Assembly: GCF_001194135.2 (NCBI RefSeq)
Contig: NC_069000.1
Span: 41,553,536 to 41,617,535 of the forward strand
Length of the DNA stretch: 64,000 nt
Direction of reading: 5' to 3'
DNA from: Octopus bimaculoides
Lineage: Eukaryota
Part shown: in pieces, positions 52,601 through 61,242 of the stretch
How positions within the stretch are numbered: position 1 is the stretch's first letter
Layout of the letters: each line of letters starts with the position of its first letter
Position numbers and translations under genes: made by a program
Notes under the pieces: model-generated
The model's database searches: none
Told to the model about the DNA's origin: nothing
What the model saw: only the letters and a program-made list of their open reading frames with translations

Positions 52601-54732
52601 AGACCAACGTGAACCTTTTTAGATGGGAACTGATAATGAACAATGCAGGTGGCATCGGAAATCTTCAGGTCACAAAGCACACTATCAGAACACACTACAA
52701 AATAACAACAACAATAATAATAATAATAATGATGATGATAACAGTTTCAAATTTTGCCACAGGGACAGCAATGCGTGTAAGGGTCAGAAGGAATTTGCTC
52801 ATTGCTTGTAGCAATGAAATACAATTAAATATCCACAACAACCTCTGTAAAGTAATATTTAACCCTTTAGCATTCAGATTTTTCTGTCGTATGTAATGCT
52901 TGTTCATTCACATTGTTTTGAATTAATCTTGCATTATTTGGTAGCTTTGATATTTCAATGATCTGATTGTTTTTAGAATGATACTATAAGAAAGATGTGA
53001 GTAACCAAATCTGGCTAGTTTAAATATATAACAGGTAGAATATTCGGGTCGGATATGGCCGATATGACTACTAAAGGGTTGATAACACTGTGTAAGACGA
53101 TTTTTGTCTTTGGGTAACAACCATTATTCCCTATTTGTTTACCCCTGGAAACTATGAAAAATAGCTAATATTTCCTTCCAACTTTACTTTTGATACATTT
53201 ATTCAAACCCCTAAAGAATCCCTTTCAACATATGGCTACGATGCTTCCCCACTACTCATGCTCTTCAGCAGAGACGCACATATTGTCAGCCACTAAGGGA
53301 CATGCTCAACAAGTTAAGGTCAAGCAACTGACAAGCAAATTTGTGGTATTGAGCAGAATATTTGCTATAATGATATTTCTGCTTCAGCAACTCAGTGCTG
53401 AATCTGTCTAAAATGTAATGGAAAATTGGTCAGTTTGAAAACATTGATGTCCAAGTCACAAAAGCAAAATCTGAAGAGAATACTAGTAATTTATTTTGAT
53501 TTCTTCCTACTTACCAGAGGCAAAAACCAGAAAAATTTTAATTTTGTTACAGTATAATTTATAAATTATTCTCTTAAAGTTAGCTTTTATCTCATTCAGC
53601 ATTTTCATACATCTACTTCACGTCATAAAACCACAACTTATCACCTGAATTTTCATCAACAGCATCATTTTAACGTCCACTTTTCAATGCTTGCATGGGT
53701 CAGACAGAATTTGTTGGGGCAGATTTTCTATGGCCAGATGTCCTACCTATCACCAACCTTCACCTGCTTCCAAACAAGGTGACATTCCCCTAGGGCTAGA
53801 CATGTTCTGCTTGAAAAAAAGCCCTGCCCACCACAACAGAACTGATGTCCTAAAACCAAGATACCACGTAAGAAGCACTGGTGTGGATGCTGGCGCCATG
53901 TAAAAAATACTGGTGATGGTACTACATACAAAACGCCCAGTAAACTCTGTAAAGTGGTGGGCATTAGGAAGGGCATCGAGCTGTAGAAACCAAACAGAAA
54001 CAGACTAAGCAATCTGATGCAGCCCCTGACCATACCAGTTCCTCTCGAATCGTCCAATCCATACCCGCATGGAAAACAGATGGTTAAATGACGATGATGA
54101 ATGGTACATTTTGTATACAACCATCAGATAATGTCAAGACAACGAAAGACACATTCATGCACACACACACATATGCGATAGACATTTTTCAGTTTCTGTC
54201 TAACAAAGCCCAAGTCTATAGAAGAAGACACTCATCGAGAGTGCCATACAGTGGAAGTGAACTGGAGAAAATGTGGTTGGGAAGCAAACCCCTTACCACT
54301 CAACCATACATGACGATATATAAAATTTCTAGTTTATATTTTGCTACAGTTTTAATATTTGTAATACATATTTCGTTGTGAACACTCATCGACCAAAAAC
54401 AACAGGGGTTCATTTTATTTCCCCGTTTGATTTAATTGAACCCAGAATGTGGCTGATTTTCACACTACTGACCCCGAAAGATCATAGAGTAATGATGTCA
54501 ACCCTAGCAACCAAGTGTATGAAAACAGAAGGAACAGGAAAAAAAAAAAAGAAAAGAAAAAAACAGGAATTTTTTTGGATATGCCATGAAGTTAATAAAA
54601 TTTACCTAGGAAACGGTAAGGTTCGTTTTCAGACAGGGGTCGATGCCATTGCTTTGAGGATTCCTCACGTTGGGCTAAATACGAAGAGCTCCAGACTCCA
54701 ATAGCAGCTGATGTCAGGTAATTGTTCAATAA

Positions 54733-54770
<38 letters not shown>

Positions 54771-57700
54771 TGATGATGATGATGATGATGATAATAATAA
54801 CAACAATAACAACAATCATAATGATGGTCAATGATGGTCATCAAAAATGATAATGCAAAGATCCTATGGGACTTTATGATTCAGTGCGACCATGAGATAG
54901 AGAATAGGAAACCAGACATAGTGTTAATTGAGGAAGAAAGCAAATGATGCCAGATCATAAATATAGCATGCCCAGCTGATAACANNNNNNNNNNATCCTT
55001 TCGGGGTCGATTAAATAAGTACCAGTTACGCACTGGGGTCAATATAATCGCCTTAATCTGTTTGTCTGTCCTTGTTTGTCCCCTCTGTGTGTAGCCCCTT
55101 GTGGGCAATAAAGAAATAGGAAACTCTACAATATACAGTAGCCCATCATGTATACTGATGTGTGTGTGTGTGTGTGTGTGTGCATTCCTTGTTTTGACAT
55201 TGTCAACTCTGCCATGAAAAGTAATGTCCAGCAAATTGTACAGTCTGTCGTGTGAAAGCCATGGAGAATAAATACCACACTGAGAAACAAGAGTTGGTGA
55301 CAGGAAAGGCATCCAGCGCTAAACTGAATGTGACACTAAGAAGTCTCACTCAACTCCTGATCTCAGCCTAGGAAAATTAATGGTGGTGGTGGTGATGATG
55401 ATGGTGGTAGTGATGATGTTGGTGGTGGTGGTGGTGGTGGTAGTGATGATGTTGGTGGTGGTGGTGGTGGTGATGCTGATGGTCATGGTGGTTGTTGTGA
55501 TGATAACGATGATGGTGATAGTGATGGTGGGTAGTGATTGTGGTGGTGATGACGAGCATGACAACAACGATGCTGGTGATGACAATGACATTCTTCCAGG
55601 CCAAACAGAAGACATAATGGTCTCCAGCTCCCCAGACCTCACAAAAGTGTACTGTATCACCGACACTACAACTTCTGTAGTAACGGTTTGTGTTGATGAG
55701 GAAGGAGCATAGGAGAAGAGGCAGAAGAGGAGGAGATGTACTTACAAGTAAAACCTTGTGACAACTCTGATCCCCATCGGTGAAGATGATTACTTTCTCG
55801 CCTTGGATGGTCAGGTCAGGAAGAAGTTCGATTAGTTTCCTCTCACGGCCATCTTCTGTTGTAATCATTGGAATCTGAGAGAAAAAAAAAAAGGAAAAAA
55901 GAGTGAGAGAGGGAGAACAAGAGAGAAAGAGAGAGAGAGAGTAGGAGAGAAGGAAGGAGAGAAAAACAACATGTCGAGAAAATAGAAACTTATATCTGGA
56001 TATGTGAAACATAACTGCTTCCCAAGGTCACATGTTTATTATCAAGGTCATGTTTTATCAAGGACATATGCTTTATTATCAAAGTCGTATGCTTTGTTAT
56101 CAAGGTCATATGCTTCACTATCAAGGTCATATGCTTTATTATCAAGGTCAACGGTTTCATTATTGAGTTCACATCTAACTGCCAAAGTGCCTCACATCTA
56201 ACTTGCCAAAGTGTATCTAAGTACCAAAGTGCCTTGCAATGGGACTGAACCTAGAACAGTGTGGCTGGGAAGCAAACTTCTAACCACACAGACATGCCTG
56301 TACCAAATGTTAACCCTTCATTTTGTTACCATATTTCTGTTGCAATACACTACTTTTCTTTCAATTAATTTTAAAACAAATGAAGAATCCAGTAGAATAA
56401 GTTTTCAATTATAAAGCTGGAATAATCTTTTCTACTCTAGGCACAAGGCCCGAAGTTTTTTTTTGGGGGGGGGGGGCAGTCGATTAGATTGACCCCAGAA
56501 TACAAGTAGTACTTAATTTATCGACCCTGAAAGGATGAAGAGCAAAGTAGAAGACACTTGCTCAAGGTGTCACATAGAAGGACTGAACCTGAAACTTAGG
56601 AGTCACACAGTAAACTTTTTAACCCACAGCCATGCTTCGCTACGCCAGCACACTCATTCACACAGACCACACTACACTACATGGTAATCACTATTTGAGA
56701 TTACAGTCTCCAATTCTACACGAATTAGAGACTGTAAAGAAGAAATAAAATGAAAGTAAACTGCATCTAACTCACCTGTTTAACTCGGCCATAGATGGAT
56801 GCTTCTATCATGTCCGTAATGACAATAACAACATCCTCCAGTGCATTCATGGCAAATGTTCTGACATGAGACGTCCATTTACTACCAAAGAGCATCACCT
56901 GGTTTTGCAGGTTAGATCTCTGTTTCGAGAGCAGCACTTGCTTCTTCAGGGACCGCATAAGATCTCGAATCTGTAATGAAAAACAGAAATAAAATAAAGG
57001 TATGATGACATACACATTCATTCAGAAAATCTTCTGGCACATTTGGAAGTGATTAAGTCATGGGCTGTTCTTTCTCACCATTGGAGAACAACTCCTTTCA
57101 GGTAAGCATGTGTTCCTAATGCACTTGATTCCTTAGAGTGAGGGAACTTTGGGACACTTGGTGTTTCAACATTGCTGTATCTCCTCAGTCAAAGCTACTC
57201 TGGACTAATGAATCTAACAACTTTTCCTTTCAGATGAATGTGTGTTCATAATACATTTGATTTATTAATATAAGGAGATCTTGTGACACCTGGTGTTTCA
57301 ATATCATTGTACCTCCTCAGTCAAGGCTAACCCAGACTAATGAATCTAACAAGAATAGCAATGAACATATACAAGGTGAGTTCAAAAAAATGTCTGACTT
57401 TATTTTTAATTGTTTCTCTATTATATATATTTTAACCCTTTTGTTACCATCTTTCTGTTGAGATGCTCTGTGTTTCTTTCAATTGATTTTAAATATAACA
57501 AAGAATTTAGTAAAATAACTTAGTTATCATTAAGCTAGTGTTAGGAACATAAATTGTGACTAANNNNNNNNNNNNNNNNNNNNNNNNNNNNNNNNNNNNN
57601 NNNNNNNNNNNNNNNNNNNNNNNNNNNNNNNNNNNNNNNNNNNNNNNNNNNNNNNNNNNNNNNNNNNNNNNNNNNNNNNNNNNNNNNNNNNNNNNNNNNN

Positions 57701-60700
57701 NNNNNNNNNNNNNNNNNNNNNNNNNNNNNNNNNNNNNNNNNNNNNNNNNNNNNNNNNNNNNNNNNNNNNNNNNNNNNATATATATTTTAACCCTTTTGTT
57801 ACCATCTTTCTGTTGAGATGCTCTGTGTTTCTTTCAATTGATTTTAAATATAACAAAGAATTTAGAAAAATAACTTAGTTATCATTCAGCTAGTGTTAAG
57901 AACATAAATTGTGACTAAGGTTTGGTGGAAGATTTTAATTCAAAACTTATGAAAACCAGACATTTGTACTACAGAGCCAGAGGCGGTTTCAGCTGGGTTG
58001 GTAACGAAAGGGTTAATTAACAAAACAAACAAAGCAATGAAATACTTGCATCACTGTAGAAGTCTTCAAGAATGATATCAGCTTCATCAATAATCTGTTA
58101 ACAAGGAATTAGAGAAAAAAAAAACGATATAAAGGGATTATTGTGACTATGGTTGGACAGAGACAAACAGACAGAAGACAGAGAGATAATGTAAAAAAAA
58201 AAAGCTAAATAACAGAAGAATCATGAGTTCTAAACATTTAGATTTTATATCACCATCATCACTATAATTTCCGCTTTTCCATCCTTGCATGGATCTGACA
58301 GAGTTCGCTGAGACATATTTGCTGCAGCTGGATTCTCCTCCTGTTACCAACCTTCACTTGTTTCCAAGCATGCTAATGCTTCCACATAGTCAGGCATGTT
58401 TTCATGGAAGATTGAAAACAAAGGACACCATTTATACAATGATAACACTCATTTACAACTAATGCATGACATCAAGACAAGGATGCACATAATTACAAGG
58501 CTTATGGTTGACTAAAAGCCATAGAAGATATTGCTGAAGGTGCCATGAAAGACATAGGCTGTAAAATATTGCAACAATATATTGAACTAACCCATGCTAG
58601 TATTGATAGATGCAAAACAAACCAACAAACTAAAATATATGCAGATTCATCTCTTTCTTTCTTTCTCTCTCTCTCTCAGTCAGCTAGAGATGTGTAAAAG
58701 AACACTTACCAAATGACAAAGCCTGTTGAGGTTAGTGTACTGGTTGATCATCATTCGGCTGAGACATGGTAGGGTGGCCACCAGGATGTGACACCCATTC
58801 AACAAACTCACCTGAAATAACAAACACAGAAACAAAACAAAAAACATTTACAAAACACCAAATCACTAGTTATATAATGCACTACTCTCATACAAATATA
58901 TATACACATATATACTTTATGCATGTATATAGATGTGTGTATGTATTTCTATATATAAAGACAAAGCCATCAACCTGTGCCAGCATGAACAACCAACGTT
59001 AATAGATGATAATGATGCTGATATCTGATAAGTATGTAGGTATTATATATATAGTGTGGAGGTGTAATGGCCCAGTCCTACTGGTTAGGGCAGCGGACTC
59101 GCAGTCATAGGATCGAGGTTTCGATCCCCAGACCGGGTATTATGAGTGTTTATTGAGCGGAAACACCTAAAGCTCCATGAGGTTCTGGCAGGGGAGGTGG
59201 GGTGGCGAATCCTGCTGTACTCTTTCATCACAACTTTCTCCCTGTTTTTGCTGTATCTGTATTTCAAAGGGCCAGCCTTGTCACACTCTGTGTCACGCTG
59301 AATCTCCCTGAGAACTACATTAAGGGTACACGTGTCTGTGGAGTGCTCAGCCACTTGCACGTTAATTTCACGGGCAAGCTGTTCCGTTGATCGAATCAAC
59401 TGGAACCCTTGTCGCAACCGACAGAGTGCCACGTATATGTATGTATATAAAAATCGAATAAATAGAGTCAACAGAAAGGAGTAGGTCTAGACAGCTATTT
59501 AACAAACACTACACATGTTTCAATACTACACAGATCCACATATATACAGGATTTAAATTAAGCAACGGTCTACCTGTATAATGGGATCCAGTTGCATCTC
59601 CTCAGGTGATATATAATCACTGTCCCCCGTAAGTAAATCTTTGAATTTGGTGCTAACACCTCCAACTTTTATCTTGCACACACAATGAATGCCTAAGCCT
59701 AGAGTTGGAAAACTACCAGCTATTTGGTAATTCTAAGGGGTGAACGAGCTCTTTTGTATTCTAATATGTTCCTAACAGAATACACTTTAAATTATGTGTG
59801 CATGTGTGTGTGTATACCTATGTATAAACCCACATAACAGGTGTCACTATTGTGACACCTGGATTTTCTACACCTAAAGAATTTCAATCTTACCAACAAC
59901 TAGAATCCAACAGTGTAGGAATCCAAAAGTGCTGCATTGGAAATAAACCATTTTTCTATCCTCTCAAGACCTTACACACACACACACACACACACATTAT
60001 ATTTAATGGATATCAAGTATGTCAACAATCAAAGCTCATATCTTTCACAAAAAAAAAAAAAAGAAAATGAGGAAAAAAAAACAACGAGCTTACCGATTTA
60101 TTGTGTTCCGCACCCCCACCGTAGATGACCTCTACGACGATGTCTTTGTGCGCCGATGCCAACCGACGGCACTGCTCGTAGACTTCTTCAGCTTTGATCC
60201 AAGATGAGACCAAGATTATGGCTAAGGGCTATAGAATGAGAACAGAAGGACATTCATAGAATAAAATCGACGCCAACCATTAGTTAGAACTCTTACTATT
60301 TCTTTTTCTTTCTGTTGTTTTTAAGCGGCCACTTCCACCAGGCAAAACTAACACTCGCAAAAGAATAAAATAACAATATAAAAAAAAAAACAAAAGAACA
60401 ATGATATCCTCATTATTATCTAGCGTTGACTTTCTCATGCTTGCATGGGTCAGGTGTAATCTGTTCAGGCAGATTTTCTACGGCAGAATGCCCTTCCTGT
60501 AGTCAACCCTCACCTGTTTCCAGATAAGGTAATATTTGCTTGTGGCTGGACATGTTTTCAATAAAAAAAACTGGAAATGGAAAACCACACTTGTATGATG
60601 GTGAAGCTGTTTTACAAACATCACGTGATGTCTAATCAAGGATACACACAAACACACATGGACACACACACACACGGACACACATATATATTTCGTCTTT

Positions 60701-61210
60701 TACTTGTTCCAATCATTAGACTGCAGCCATGCTGGTGCACCATTTTAAAGGGTTTTTTTAAGCCTGCTACTTATGCTATTGGTCTTTTTGCCATACCAGT
60801 AAGTTACAAGGATGTGAACAAACCAACAACAGTTGTCAAGAGGTGGGACACAAATACATATCAAAAGACATATACATATATATATATATATATATATGTA
60901 TATTATCTTTTACTTATTTTCATCATTTGACTGCGGCCATGCTGGGGCACCACCTTGAAGGGTTTTAATCAAACAAATCAACCCCAGGACTTATTTTTTT
61001 CAAGTCCGGTACTTATTCTATAGGTCAGTAAGTTATGAGGAAATAAGCACACCAACACAGGTTATCAAGCAGAAGTGGAGGACAAACAATGGAACATTTA
61101 TTTGACCCCAAAAGGATGATTGGCAAAGTTGACCTTGACAGAATTTGAAGACAGACGAAATGCCACTAAGCATTTCACCCAGCATATGATTCTGCCAGCA
61201 TGCCGCCTTA

Positions 61211-61242
<32 letters not shown>

